64,000 bases of DNA from Macrostomum lignano (GCA_002269645.1 NIVC01001048.1:62001-126000), one strand, 5' to 3'; shown: positions 1 through 13,501, counted from the stretch's first letter. Numbers and translations are program-made. Notes: generated by a model from the letters alone, not told the origin.

Positions 1-778
1 TTAACAAGCGCTGATTTGGGAAATGAAGAATACAAGAACTGAAGAAGCAGTTATTGAAGCATTCGATATTATCTGTGCTAATTTTGTTTTTGTAATGATG
101 CGCGAAAAGATGTTAAAAAAGAAGTTAATAATTTTTTTTCAATAAAAACGTAAAATTTAAAAAAAAAATTAAAAAAAATTAAAAATTTAAAAATTAATAA
201 TTTCCAGAAAGCCGATGATAAGAGATATGCTGTACGTAGACATCGAATTTTTTAATTATAAATATAACAAAGTACAACGATTAAGTTACTTAAAAAGAAC
301 AAACATAAACGTAGCATGGAAACAGATTCTGGACAACATTTAAAGATAAAAGTTGAAAAAATATTATCTCGATAGCTAATACATATTATAATTATTTTAT
401 GACGTTAAACATTGAAAAGATCGTGGTCTAAGAATGGAAATATCCCATTCGCAAACTATTTAACAGGATATTTATAATAAAAAAACATCGTTCAAAAACA
501 CTTTTGTGTTCAGTAAGCACATCGTTTTCTAGAGTCTAGTTCAGAAATTTCGAAATCAATGCACTGCACTATGGTATAGATAGGATGCGATTATAAATTT
601 AGTTTTTCACAAAGAGTAAACAGTATCTATAACAGCTTCGGTTTTCGGTTCTACTTAAACAGCATTAGCAGCAATAGAAAAAAAGAAAAGAAAAACGCAT
701 ATGGTTAAAAATTGATTGTGAAAATTTGTTTCAACTGACATGGCCTTTCTCGATCTGGACTGCTGCTAATTTAATCTC

Positions 779-1540
779 TCAAAACACGCTGAACTTGACC
801 CAGTCGGCGCTCGTCTCGATCTCCGCCTCCACCTGAGCGTCGGTGAACAGCAGCAGGCGGCAGGCTCTCAGCTTGCTGTTGTACAGCACGTGTCTGCAGT
901 TGCCCGATCTCATGCCAGCCGCTACGCACTTCATTGCGTTGCCAACCTGCAGCAGGTCAGAGTAGCAGTACTCAGTGCTGGCATGGTAGCTGGTTCGCTT
1001 GAATGAAGTCCGCTTCCACGGGGCAGCAGTTGGCAGCGGCTGAGTGGCACTCGGAGTCCACTCGCAAGCGAATCCGACTGATGAGCGAGAACAAGGGTTG
1101 TTTCCGAATTTTCCACGGGACAAATGCATTACGCAGTTTTCGTCGGTGCCTAGGTTTGGCTCAGCTGAAGCACCCCACAGTGAGTCATTCAGCGGCATGA
1201 CGCCGTTGCCGTTGACCATCTGCCAGCCCGATCTGCTCGAAGACCTCTCGTCAACCAAGTCGGTCACTCCAAACCAGATGGGGCAGTGATCACAGTCGAA
1301 ACTCGGCATGCTGCTGAGCAGCTGCAGAGAGCTGTACGAGTTGAGCAGCTCGCCTCCGATCATGGCGCACTGCCGGTTGGCCTCGCACCAGCTGAAGCTC
1401 TTTGTCTTGTTCACAAAAATGCACTTTCCCGCTTCAAGGCTGAACGGCGAGGGGCACAGCTGGGCCAGAACTGAGAGCAGCTGGCTGTCCAGAAGGGCGA
1501 GAAGGAACACCATGAGAAACTTGGACTCCATGACAAGCAT
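779..1540 (-). CDS. Secreted C-type lectin domain protein with C-terminal PAN/Apple-like module (single exon, ~250 aa; start at 1540 or 1531)
   Basis: Hydrophobic signal peptide (MESKFLMVFLLALL); CTLD motifs C..F...SWCEA..QC..IGGEL, WFGVTD, WQMVNG, EPN, ENCV, C...GFACE; C-terminal Cys pattern C..AG..SGNCRHVLYN....CRL fits a PAN/Apple module. Confidence 0.85.
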   Translation of the reverse strand: MLVMESKFLMVFLLALLDSQLLSVLAQLCPSPFSLEAGKCIFVNKTKSFSWCEANRQCAMIGGELLNSYSSLQLLSSMPSFDCDHCPIWFGVTDLVDERSSSRSGWQMVNGNGVMPLNDSLWGASAEPNLGTDENCVMHLSRGKFGNNPCSRSSVGFACEWTPSATQPLPTAAPWKRTSFKRTSYHASTEYCYSDLLQVGNAMKCVAAGMRSGNCRHVLYNSKLRACRLLLFTDAQVEAEIETSADWVKFSVF

Positions 1541-1711
1541 GACATGTAGGAATAGTTGAAACATGCACACGTATAAAAATCACAGGCCAGATCTTTCTCA
1601 GTCAGCCTTTTATGCGTGTGCATCGGATTTCTTATAAAAGGTTTTCGATGGTATTGTCTTTACTTTACTCCCATTGGACCTGCTAGGATTTGAAATCTTA
1701 GCAACGCTGCA

Positions 1712-1835
1712 CAGGGGCGGATTTAGGGGGCGGGGCGGGGGACTGCCGCCCACCCCCTGACCCATTGTGGCTGTCGATGATGGCGCCCCTGAATAAAGCC
1801 AATAGAGGTTCTCACCGCCCTCAGTTTGCTCAGAA
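1712..1835. mobile_element. Left end of a hAT-type MITE (CAGGGGCGGATTTAG terminus); right TIR not found
   Basis: CAGGGGCGGATTTAGGGGG at 1712 matches the terminus family at 9344, 18453/18773, 32838 and 52882; runs directly into the 21-bp array. Confidence 0.6.
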
Positions 1836-2540
1836 TGGCGCCCCTCTGGTGTATTATGGCGCCCCTCTGGTGTATTATGGCGCCCCTCTGGTGTATTATG
1901 GCGCCCCTCTAGTGTATTATGGCACCCCTCTAGTGTATTATGGCACCCCTCTATTGTATTATGGCGCCCCTCTAGTGTATTATGGCGCCCCTCTATTGTA
2001 TTATGGCGCCCATCTAGTGTATTAGGGCGCCCCTCTAGTGTATTATGGCGCCCCTCTAGTGTATTAGGGCGCCCCTCTAGTGTATTATGGCGCCCCTTTA
2101 GTGTATTATGGCGCCCCTCTATATATAGTGTATTATGGCGCCCCTCTAGTGTATTATGGCGCCCCTCTAGTGTATTATGGCGCCCCTCTAGTGTATTACG
2201 GCGCCCCTCTAGTGTATTACGGCGCCCCTCTAGTGTATTACGGCGCCCCTCTAGTGTATTATGGCGCCCCTCTAGTGTATTATGGCGCCCCTCTAGTGTA
2301 TTATGTCGCCCCTCTAGTGTATTATGGCGCCCCTCTAGTGTATTAGGGCGCCCCTCTAGTGTATTATGGCGCCCCTCTAGTGTATTAGGGCGCCCCTCTA
2401 GTGTATTACGGCGCCCCTCTAGTGTATTATGGCGCCCCTCTAGTGTATTATGGCGCCCCTCTAGTGTATCATGGCGCCCCTCTAGTGTGTTATGGCGCCC
2501 CTCTAGTGTATTATGGCGCCCCTCTAGTGTATTATGGCGC
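1836..2540. repeat. 21-bp minisatellite (CTAGTGTATTATGGCGCCCCT)n, ~33 copies
   Basis: Period read directly; produces the spurious EGRHNTL and YYGAPLV ORFs. Confidence 0.97.
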
Positions 2541-2775
2541 TGCAACCTCAGCTGGTGAAATCTTACAGTTTTTCCAGTTACAAAGAAGTTGATTTCAAGT
2601 GGTTGAGCCTATCAATATTTTTAGATCACCTACATGGGTGAGCTTCCTAACTGGGCAAAACGTACTTCTATTTCAATGCGTCCGATGTAAGCATTCTGTC
2701 TCAAAGTAGGTGGAATACTAACACAAAGATAAATATTTTTTGTACTGAGATTACCAACATTTGTTACATTGGATT

Positions 2776-5700
2776 CTAATCAGAGAATGCTAATCAGAGA
2801 ATGCTAACCAGAGAATGCTAATCAGAGAATGCTAACCAGAGAATGCTAATCAGAGAATGCTAACCAGAGAATGCTAACCAGAGAATGCTAATCAGAGAAT
2901 GCTAATCAGAGAATGCTAACCAGAGAATGCTAACCAGAGAATGCTAATCAGACAATGCTAACCAGAGAATGCTAATCAGAGAATGCTAATCAGAGAATGC
3001 TAATCAGAGAGTGCTAATCAGAGAATGCTAATCAGAGAATGCTAATCAGAGAGTGCTAATCAAAGAGTGCTAATCAGAGAGTGCTAATCAGAGAGTGCTA
3101 ATCAGAGAGTGCTAATCAGAGAGTGCTAATCAGAGAATGCTAATCAGAGAGTGCTAATCAGAGAATGCTAATCAGAGAGTGCTAATCAGAGAGTGCTAAT
3201 CAGAGAGTGCTAATCAGAGAGTGCTGATCATAGAGTGCTAATCAGAGAACGCTAATCAGAGAGTGCTAATCAGAGAGTGCTAATCAGAGAGTGCTAATCA
3301 GAGAATGCTAATCATAGAGTGCTAATCAGAGAATGCTGATCAGAGAATGCTAATCAGACAATGCTAATCAGAGAGTGCTAATCAGAGAGTGCTAATCAGA
3401 GAATGCTAATCAGAGAATGCTAATCAGAGAGTGCTAATCAGAGAGTGCTAATCAGAGAGTGCTAATCAGAGAGTGCTAATCAGAGAGTGCTAATCAGAGA
3501 ATGCTAATCAGAGAGTGCTAATCAGAGAGTGCTAATCAGAGAATGCTAATCAGAGAGTGCTAACCAGAGAGTGCTAACCAGAGAGTGCTAATCAGAGAAT
3601 GCTAATCAGAGAGTGCTAATCAGAGAGTGCTAATCAGAGAATGCTAATCATAGAATGCTAATCAGAGAATGCTAATCAGAGAGTGCTAATCAGAGAGTGC
3701 TAATCAGAGAGTGCTAATCAGAGAATGCTAATCAGAGAATGCTAACCAGAGAATGCTAATCAGAGAATGCTAATCAGAGAGTGCTAATCAGAGAGTGCTA
3801 ATCAGAGAATGCTAATCAGAGAGTGCTAATCAGAGAATGCTAATCAGAGAATGCTAACCAGAGAGTGCTAATCAGAGAATGCTAATCAGAGAATGCTAAT
3901 CAGAGAGTGCTAATCAGAGAATGCTAATCAGAGAATGCTAACCAGAGAATGCTAATCAGAGAGTGCTAATCAGAGAATGCTAATCAGAGAATGCTAACCA
4001 GAGAATGCTAATCAGAGAATGCTAATCAGAGAGTGCTAATCAGAGAGTGCTAATCAGAGAATGCTAATCAGAGAATGCTAATCAGAGAGTGCTAATCAGA
4101 GAGTGCTAATCAGAGAATGCTAATCATAGAGTGCTAATCAGAGACGCTAATCAGAGAATGCTAACCAGAGAGTGCTAATCAGAGAATGCTAATCAGAGAG
4201 TGCTAATCAGAGAGTGCTAATCAGAGAATGCTAATCAGAGAATGCTAATCAGAGAGTGCTAATCAGAGAATGCTAATCAGAGAATGCTAATCAGAGAGTG
4301 CTAATCAAAGAGTGCTAATCAGAGAGTGCTAATCAGAGAGTGCTAATCAGAGAGTGCTAATCAGAGAGTGCTAATCAGAGAATGCTAATCAGAGAGTGCT
4401 AATCAGAGAATGCTAATCAGAGAGTGCTAATCAGAGAGTGCTAATCAGAGAGTGCTGATCATAGAGTGCTAATCAGAGAACGCTAATCAGAGAGTGCTAA
4501 TCAGAGAGTGCTAATCAGAGAGTGCTAATCAGAGAATGCTAATCATAGAGTGCTAATCAGAGAATGCTAATCAGAGAATGCTAATCAGACAATGCTAATC
4601 AGAGAGTGCTAATCAGAGAGTGCTAATCAGAGAATGCTAATCAGAGAATGCTAATCAGAGAGTGCTAATCAGAGAGTGCTAATCAGAGAGTGCTAATCAG
4701 AGAGTGCTAATCAGAGAGTGCTAATCAGAGAATGCTAATCAGAGAGTGCTAATCAGAGAGTGCTAATCAGAGAATGCTAATCAGAGAGTGCTAACCAGAG
4801 AGTGCTAACCAGAGAGTGCTAATCAGAGAATGCTCACCAGAGAGTGCTAATCAGAGAGTGCTAATCAGAGAATGCTAATCATAGAATGCTAACCAGAGAA
4901 TGCTAATCAGAGAATGCTAATCAGAGAGTGCTAATCAGAGAGTGCTAATCAGAGAATGCTAATCAGAGAGTGCTAATCAGAGAATGCTAATCAGAGAATG
5001 CTAACCAGAGAGTGCTAATCAGAGAATGCTAATCAGAGAATGCTAATCAGAGAGTGCTAATCAGAGAATGCTAATCAGAGAGTGCTAATCAGAGAATGCT
5101 AATCAGAGAATGCTAATCAGAGAGTGCTAATCAGAGAGTGCTAATCAGAGAATGCTAATCATAGAGTGCTAATCAGAGAACGCTAATCAGAGAATGCTAA
5201 CCAGAGAATGCTAATCAGAGAGTGCTAATCAGAGAATGCTAACCAGAGAATGCTAATCAGAGAGTGCTAATCAGAGAGTGCTAATCAGAGAATGCTAATC
5301 ATAGAATGCTAATCAGAGAATGCTAATCAGAGAGTGCTAATCAGAGAATGCTAATCAGAGAATGCTAATCAGAGAATGCTAATCAGAGAATGCTAATCAG
5401 AGAATGCTAATCAGAGAATGATAATCAGAGAATGCTAATCAGAGAATGCTAATCAGAGAATGCTAATCAGAGAATGCTAATCAGAGAATGCTGATCAGAG
5501 AATGCTAATCAGAGAATGCTAATCAGAGAATGCTAATCAGAGAATGATAATCAGAGAATGATAATCAGAGAATGCTAATCAGAGAATGCTAATCAGAGAA
5601 TGATAATCAGAGAATGCTAATCAGAGAATGCTGATCAGAGAATGCTAATCAGAGAGTGCTGATCAGAAAATGCTAACCAGAGAGTGCTAATCAGAGAGTG

Positions 5701-8700
5701 CTGATCAGAGAATGCTAACCAGAGAGTGCTAATCAGAGAGTGCTGATCAGAGAATGCTAACCAGAGAGTGCTAATCAGAGAGTGCTGATCAGAGAATGCT
5801 AACCAGAGAGTGCTAATCAGAGAGTGCTAATCAGAGAATGCTAATCAGAGAATGCTAATCAGAGAATGATAATCAGAGAATGCTAATCAGAGAGTGCTAA
5901 TCAGAGAGTGCTAATCAGAGAATGCTAATCAGAGAATGCTAATCAGAGAATGCTAATCAGAGAATGCTAATCAGAGAATGCTAATCAGAGAATGCTAATC
6001 AGAGAGTGCTAATCAGAGAGTGCTAATCAGAGAATGCTAATCAGAGAATGCTAATCAGAGAGTGCTAATCAGAGAATGCTAATCAGAGAGTGCTGATCAG
6101 AGAATGCTAATCAGAGAGTGCTAATCAGAGAATGCTGATCAGAGAATGCTAATCAGAGAATGATAATCAGAGAATGCTAATCAGAGAGTGCTAATCAGAG
6201 AATGCTAATCAGAGAATGCTAATCAGAGAATGCTAATCAGAGAATGCTAATCAGAGAATGCTAATCAGAGAATGCTAATCAGAGAATGCTAATCAGAGAA
6301 TGATAATCAGAGAATGCTAATCAGAGAGTGCTAATCAGAGAATGCTAATCAGAGAGTGCTAATCAGAGAATGCTAATCAGAGAATGCTAATCAGAGAATG
6401 CTAATCATAGAGTGCTAATCAGAGGGTGCTAATCAGAGAGTGCTAATCAGAGAGTGCTGATCATAGAGTGCTAATCAGAGAACGCTAATCAGAGAGTGCT
6501 AATCAGAGAGTGCTAATCAGAGAGTGCTAATCAGAGAGTGCTAACCAGAGAGTGCTAATCAGAGAATGCTAACCAGAGAGTGCTAATCAGAGAATGCTGA
6601 TCAGAGAATGCTAATCAGAGAATGCTAATCAGAGAATGCTAATCAGAGAATGATAATCAGAGAATGATAATCAGAGAATGCTAATCAGAGAATGCTAATC
6701 AGAGAATGATAATCAGAGAATGCTAATCAGAGAATGCTGATCAGAGAATGCTAATCAGAGAGTGCTGATCAGAGAATGCTAACCAGAGAGTGCTAATCAG
6801 AGAGTGCTGATCAGAGAATGCTAACCGGAGAGTGCTAATCAGAGAGTGCTGATCAGAGAATGCTAACCAGAGAGTGCTAATCAGAGAGTGCTGATCAGAG
6901 AATGCTAACCAGAGAGTGCTAATCAGAGAGTGCTAATCAGAGAATGCTAATCAGAGAATGCTAATCAGAGAATGCTAATCAGAGAGTGCTGATCAGAGAG
7001 TGCTAATCAGAGAGTGCTAATCAGAGAATGCTAATCAGAGAATGCTAATCAGAGAATGCTAATCAGAGAATGCTAATCAGAGAATGCTAATCAGAGAATG
7101 CTAATCAGAGAGTGCTAATCAGAGAGTGCTAATCTGAGAATGCTAATCAGAGAATGCTAATCAGAGAGTGCTAATCAGAGAATGCTGATCAGAGAATGCT
7201 AATCAGAGAATGATAATCAGAGAATGCTAATCAGAGAGTGCTAATCAGAGAATGCTAATCAGAGAATGCTAATCAGAGAATGCTAATCAGAGAATGCTAA
7301 TCAGAGAATGATAATCAGAGAATGCTAATCAGAGAGTGCTAATCAGAGAATGCTAATCAGAGAATGCTAACCAGAGAATGCTAATCAGAGAATGCTAATC
7401 AGAGAATGCTAATCATAGAGTGCTAATCAGAGGGTGCTAATCAGAGAGTGCTAATCAGAGAGTGCTAATCAGAGAGTGCTAATCAGAGAGTGCTAATCAG
7501 AGAGTGCTGATCAGAGAGTGCTAATCAGAGAGTGCTAATCAGAGAATGCTAATCAGAGAATGCTAATCAGAGAATGCTAATCAGAGAATGCTAATCAGAG
7601 AATGCTAATCAGAGAATGCTAATCAGAGAGTGCTAATCAGAGAGTGCTAATCAGAGAATGCTAATCAGAGAATGCTAATCAGAGAGTGCTAATCAGAGAA
7701 TGCTAATCAGAGAGTGCTGATCAGAGAATGCTAATCAGAGAGTGCTAATCAGAGAATGCTGATCAGAGAATGCTAATCAGAGAATGATAATCAGAGAATG
7801 CTAATCAGAGAGTGCTAATCAGAGAATGCTAATCAGAGAATGCTAATCAGAGAATGCTAATCAGAGAATGCTAATCAGAGAATGCTAATCAGAGAATGCT
7901 AATCAGAGAATGCTAATCAGAGAATGATAATCAGAGAATGCTAATCAGAGAGTGCTAATCAGAGAATGCTAATCAGAGAGTGCTAATCAGAGAATGCTAA
8001 TCAGAGAATGCTAATCAGAGAATGCTAATCATAGAGTGCTAATCAGAGGGTGCTAATCAGAGAGTGCTAATCAGAGAGTGCTGATCATAGAGTGCTAATC
8101 AGAGAACGCTAATCAGAGAGTGCTAATCAGAGAGTGCTAATCAGAGAGTGCTAATCAGAGAGTGCTAACCAGAGAGTGCTAATCAGAGAATGCTAACCAG
8201 AGAGTGCTAATCAGAGAATGCTGATCAGAGAATGCTAATCAGAGAATGCTAATCAGAGAATGCTAATCAGAGAATGATAATCAGAGAATGATAATCAGAG
8301 AATGCTAATCAGAGAATGCTAATCAGAGAATGATAATCAGAGAATGCTAATCAGAGAATGCTGATCAGAGAATGCTAATCAGAGAGTGCTGATCAGAGAA
8401 TGCTAACCAGAGAGTGCTAATCAGAGAGTGCTGATCAGAGAATGCTAACCGGAGAGTGCTAATCAGAGAGTGCTGATCAGAGAATGCTAACCAGAGAGTG
8501 CTAATCAGAGAGTGCTGATCAGAGAATGCTAACCAGAGAGTGCTAATCAGAGAGTGCTAATCAGAGAATGCTAATCAGAGAATGCTAATCAGAGAATGCT
8601 AATCAGAGAGTGCTGATCAGAGAGTGCTAATCAGAGAGTGCTAATCAGAGAATGCTAATCAGAGAATGCTAATCAGAGAATGCTAATCAGAGAATGCTAA

Positions 8701-9017
8701 TCAGAGAATGCTAATCAGAGAATGCTAATCAGAGAGTGCTAATCAGAGAGTGCTAATCAGAGAATGCTAATCAGAGAATGCTAATCAGAGAGTGCTAATC
8801 AGAGAATGCTGATCAGAGAATGCTAATCAGAGAATGATAATCAGAGAATGCTAATCAGAGAGTGCTAATCAGAGAATGCTAATCAGAGAATGCTAATCAG
8901 AGAATGCTAATCAGAGAATGCTAATCAGAGAATGATAATCAGAGAATGCTAATCAGAGAGTGCTAATCAGAGAATGCTAATCAGAGAATGCTAACCAGAG
9001 AATGCTAATCAGAGAAT
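2776..9017. repeat. 14-bp satellite (AATCAGAGA[A/G]TGCT)n, ~6.2 kb, ~445 copies, with higher-order structure
   Basis: Period read directly; rare variants recur at fixed long distances. Confidence 0.99.
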
Positions 9018-9343
9018 TTTTGTCTTAAAAATGGAAAACTAGCCGTGAAGATTGCATGACGACTATTTTTAGAAACATTTGCTTCAAGTCTGTTGTCAAA
9101 CTTATTGATGCTTTAACTGCAGCTTTTGAGTCATGCAGTCCTACTCCACCTGTGCCCATCACCTACTGTTTGTCGCTCGCTAGGAAAGCAAGCAAACAGC
9201 TTTTAGCATTCGTTTCAGCGCGCTTTAAATGTCTTGCTTTGTCGGTCGAAATTCGGGGATCAAAGAGAAGTTATTTACAATTTAAATGGATCATAAAATC
9301 TTGTTTCATTTGCTTTAAATATAGAAAATATCTCGCTTTGAAG

Positions 9344-9497
9344 CAGGGGCGGACCCAGGATTTTATCGAGGGGGGGGGGGGGGGCAAGCCTCACGTCTGG
9401 TCAGGCCAGAGCTGCAATTAGGGTACCATGATACCAATACAGCATGATACCAATACATCTGAGGATTTTTTGGCAGAGCTTTTTTTGTCCGCCCCTG
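9344..9497. mobile_element. 154-bp hAT MITE
   Basis: 11-bp perfect TIR CAGGGGCGGAC / GTCCGCCCCTG; perfect 8-bp TSD CTTTGAAG at 9336-9343 and 9498-9505. Confidence 0.92.
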
Positions 9498-10449
9498 CTT
9501 TGAAGGTAAGTAGATTTGACCCGAATATATTAAAACAGTACTGAAAATTTGCATTAGACATTGTTGTAAGAACCCGACAAAAATGTTATAGCCAATATTA
9601 AAATAATAAAATATGCTACTGACACTACTTGTACAACCTTTAACAGTAGCATCAAAAGAATTTTTTAGGTTTTTATGTTCGTGCCTCGTACTTCAGCACG
9701 GATAAGAGCTTAATAAAAATTTAACTTATAGATCTTAGTAAGCTGAAATATTTGGAATTAATTGCTTCTTCAATTGCTAGGATAGCGCGTTCACAACCTT
9801 CTGAGCTGCTTTGCCTGCGTGCATACAATTCTTTGCGATGACGTCATCATTGGCCTTTTTGACAATTTTTTTTAAGATTCGGATTCAAATTTGAATGCAA
9901 GACAAGGAAAAACCGTCCCGTTTTCTCCACCGTGAAACACGGGCCTCTCTTCTTTTGCTTTCGCGAGTTTCCAGCCTCATCTACTTTAGTACAGATGATT
10001 TTTTACTAGTCAATCAAGAAATCTAGATTAGACGACAGATGACTAAAAAGGATAAAAGCAGTTCAAGCGCTTTTTCGCTAGCCCGCAAAAGCAGAGCAAA
10101 AACAGAAGCTCAAGAAAGCTAAATTCATTGGCTAAAGAGAAGGCTAGTTGAAATGTACTTTAAATTACTGTTGGGGTTGAGTTAGCACAAAAGCAAAAAG
10201 AACTAGAATAATATATAACTAACTTCAACAAATGGCTGGAAGTCAAAAGAACACAAAATACAGTCCAAACAGAATTAAATTATTTTTGGTGAGGCAGTGG
10301 CACTAGAAAAGAAGTAGGTCACTTCAATTGTTTTATCACCCCCGTGTTGTGATAATCGATCATGCCAGTCAGTGATGTCGGGTCAGCATGAAGCTGTCAT
10401 GAAAGGGTCTACTTCGAAAATTTTGTTCATCCAAGCGTTGTTTTGTATC

Positions 10450-11105
10450 TTCAGAAACTCCAGTCGGCAGGCCAAATCATCCACACCGAGTCGTACCGCC
10501 CACAGTCGCTACAGGAGGTGCTGCTGACGCTGTCACCCTACCGGTCACCCTACCGGTCACCCTACCGGTCACCCTACCGGTCACCCTACCGGTCACCCTA
10601 CCGGTCACCCTACCGGTCACCCTACCGGTCACCCTACCGGTCACCCTACCGGTCACCCTACCGGTCACCCTACCGGTCACCCTACCGGTCACCCTACCGG
10701 TCACCCTACCGGTCACCCTACCGGTCACCCTACCGGTCACCCTACCGGTCACCCTACCGGTCACCCTACCGGTCACCCTACCGGTCACCCTACCGGTCAC
10801 CCTACCGGTCACCCTACCGGTCACCCTACCGGTCACCCTACCGGTCACCCTACCGGTCACCCTACCGGTCACCCTACCGGTCACCCTACCGGTCACCCTA
10901 CCGGTCACCCTACCGGTCACCCTACCGGTCACCCTACCGGTCACCCTACCGGTCACCCTACCGGTCACCCTACCGGTCACCCTACCGGTCACCCTACCGG
11001 TCACCCTACCGGTCACCCTACCGGTCACCCTACCGGTCACCCTACCGGTCACTCTACCGGTCACCCTACCAGTGAGGACAGGAGAGCATTCGACTTATCG
11101 TCCTA
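10450..11105 (+). mobile_element. Degenerate 3' fragment of an RTE-like LINE, interrupted by a 12-bp array
   Basis: LQKLQSAGQIIHTESYRPQSLQEVLL-TLSPYR aligns with RRLQLAGHLIRAESYCPQPVQEVLLLTLQAPYRRG of the LINE at ~16930-17035; weaker similarity (xGQ..R) resumes after the array. Confidence 0.75.
10532..11070. repeat. 12-bp minisatellite (GTCACCCTACCG)n, ~45 near-perfect copies
   Basis: Period read directly; one variant unit at ~11051. Confidence 0.99.
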
Positions 11106-12437
11106 CCCCAAGGACGTGCACTGTGAGTATAATTATTTATTAAACTAAGAAACCCATTTGACAGCCTATTTTGTTTTTCTGTGTTCTGGCATCGTTAAGG
11201 CGTAACGCTCATTGATGAAGCTGACTAGTCAAAGCTCACCAAAGAGCTACACGGTTCCACAATGAAACTCAGCATCCTTGCCAAGACAAGTTGTGGGCTA
11301 TTAAATAAAAGTTAAGAAATCACCAAGACCTTCTTGGTGAAGACTTTAAAAGTAATTTTGTAGATTCAATACTGTGTACAGTTGCTACAGAATTCACTTC
11401 AGTCACGTTGCAAAACCGAAAAGGTTCATTGAATGCTGCATCTGCATAATCATACACATTAGATAGAGCAAAATGTGACTTTCCAGTCTCTCCTATTTCA
11501 ATCTATGAAGTAATCGATAGTCATAGAGTTTTCCGTTCCGACGAGTCTCAAGCACAAATCGGTAATCAAAAATTCTATTCGCTCACCAATTGCAAATAGA
11601 CTCAGCCAAGTAGAAGTGTATTTTTGCAGTGTTAATAACATAAGAAAAGTCGTAAATAGCTGTGTTCAGTTATAGAGCATTACTTGAAAGTACATATATA
11701 TGCCTTGAGTCCAGTGGAGACATGATCATAAGCGCTTGCGGTAAAGCTTGTAAATTTAATAAAGCAAAATAAGAGGGCAAATGTCTCGAACTAATAACGG
11801 CCGTTACGATATTCCGAGTGTACACGTAATAACCGAAATAAGCTAGCGATCGATCGAAAGTTTACTCCTATAAAAACAAAATCGCTCAGGAAACTACATC
11901 GTAACTGCGCAACAAAGTAAGATTTAGCTAAGAGAGCTACAGAATTAATTGTGAATAGCTCTGGCATTGAGTAAAAATGAGTGATTACGTATTGATTAAA
12001 TCGGTGCAGAAATACAGAACAGTACAGAATGCAGAAGTTTTAAAAGAAATTAATTTAGGAATTTTATGACAATATGCAAATTAGAGAGATGCTTAATAAC
12101 AGTCGGTAAGAAAAATGATATATTCTTTTAAAGCACACCTTAAGACGCTGAATAGGTAAAAAGAAACAGAAATTTACATTTCGCTCGAATGCTCGTACGT
12201 CGATTAAAATTTTTACCACAGAATCTGTGCACAATTCACTTTGCGATAAAAAAACAGCGTCTTAACAAACTCAAAACACGCTGAGTCCGGTCCCACGTAG
12301 CAAAATCAGATTGTAACTCAGGGGACGTAGAAATTCACTCGCAAGCAAATCCGCTCTCAGCTGCGCATCGATTATGGCCAAATTTTCAATTTTCGATTGC
12401 GAGTCTTTGCGATAAAGATGATATTATCTCAAAAAGC

Positions 12438-13050
12438 TCAATACACGCTGAACTTGACCCAGTCGGCAGTCGTCTCAATCTCCTCCTCCACCTGAGCGTC
12501 GGTGAACAGCAGCAGGCGGCAGGATCTCAGCTTGCTGTTGTACAGCACGTGTCTGCAGTTGCCAGAGTTGATGGCAGCCGCCATGCACTGCAAAGAGTTG
12601 GCCGCCTGCAGCAGGTCATAGTAGCAGTACTCAGTGCTGGCATGGTAGCTGGTTCGCTTGAACGGAGTCAGCTTCCACGAGGCAGAAGTCGGCAGCGGCT
12701 GAGCGGCATTCGGAGTCCACTCGCAAGCGAACCCGAACAAAGCCCAACAAAACACATTTTCGAATTTTCCCGGAGATGAGCGCAACAGGCAGTTCTCATC
12801 GGTGGCTCCATTCGGCTCAGTCGGCTGAGTCCAAAGTGAGTTGTTCAGTGGCATGACGCCGTTGTCGTTGACCATCTGCCAGCCCGATCTGCTCGAAGAT
12901 CTCTCGTCAGCTAAGTCGGTCACTCCGAGCCAGAAGAGGCAGTCACTGCTGGCGAAACTCGGCATGCCGCTAAGAAGTATATCAGAGAGCTGTACGAGTT
13001 GAGCAGCTCGCCTCCGATCATGGCGCACTGCCGGATGGCCTCGCATCAAC
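12438..13050 (-). pseudogene. Disabled paralog of the CTL-PAN lectin gene
   Basis: Collinear with 779-1395 (e.g. WLGVTDLADERSSSRSGWQMVN; ends WVKFSVY vs WVKFSVF); conserved W of SWCEA reads TGA, a +2 frameshift lies near 12975, and signal peptide plus N-terminus are replaced by unrelated sequence. Confidence 0.8.
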
Positions 13051-13501
13051 TCAGACTTCATTTGAGACCCACGTTGGAATTAGCAACTATGATAGCAATT
13101 CATAAAAATTTTTCTAAAAAATATTTTGCAGTACTTTTTTAGAGACTTTCGGCACGCGCAAATTGCAAATCCCAGGAAAAAATTGTGAGAAGTATAATAA
13201 GGGAAATTCACAAGTTTTTCAAGTCACACAAAAGATGATCGTCTCATGCATCAGTGCTTTTCATGCCCTTTCTGCTGCTAAACATCCGCTAGTCAAGAAA
13301 GAAACTGAGTAAATTCAGCAATTTTAAACGTAGGAAACTGAGAACTACGGTAGAATCAGTACATCAGGACGCTACACTACTCAAAGATCGTGTACTTTTT
13401 TGGAGGTCCATTTCCATCAAAAAATACACTGCGCAGATAGTAAGAGCAAAAATGATTGAATTTGATCTGGGTTAGTGTGAAGATTACCGCATTCTTTTAT
13501 A

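Noticed and set aside
13425-13445. Recurrent CACTGCG[C/G]AGA motif (13427, 20686, 62304) as a transposon end
   Set aside because: No inverted partner or TSD found.
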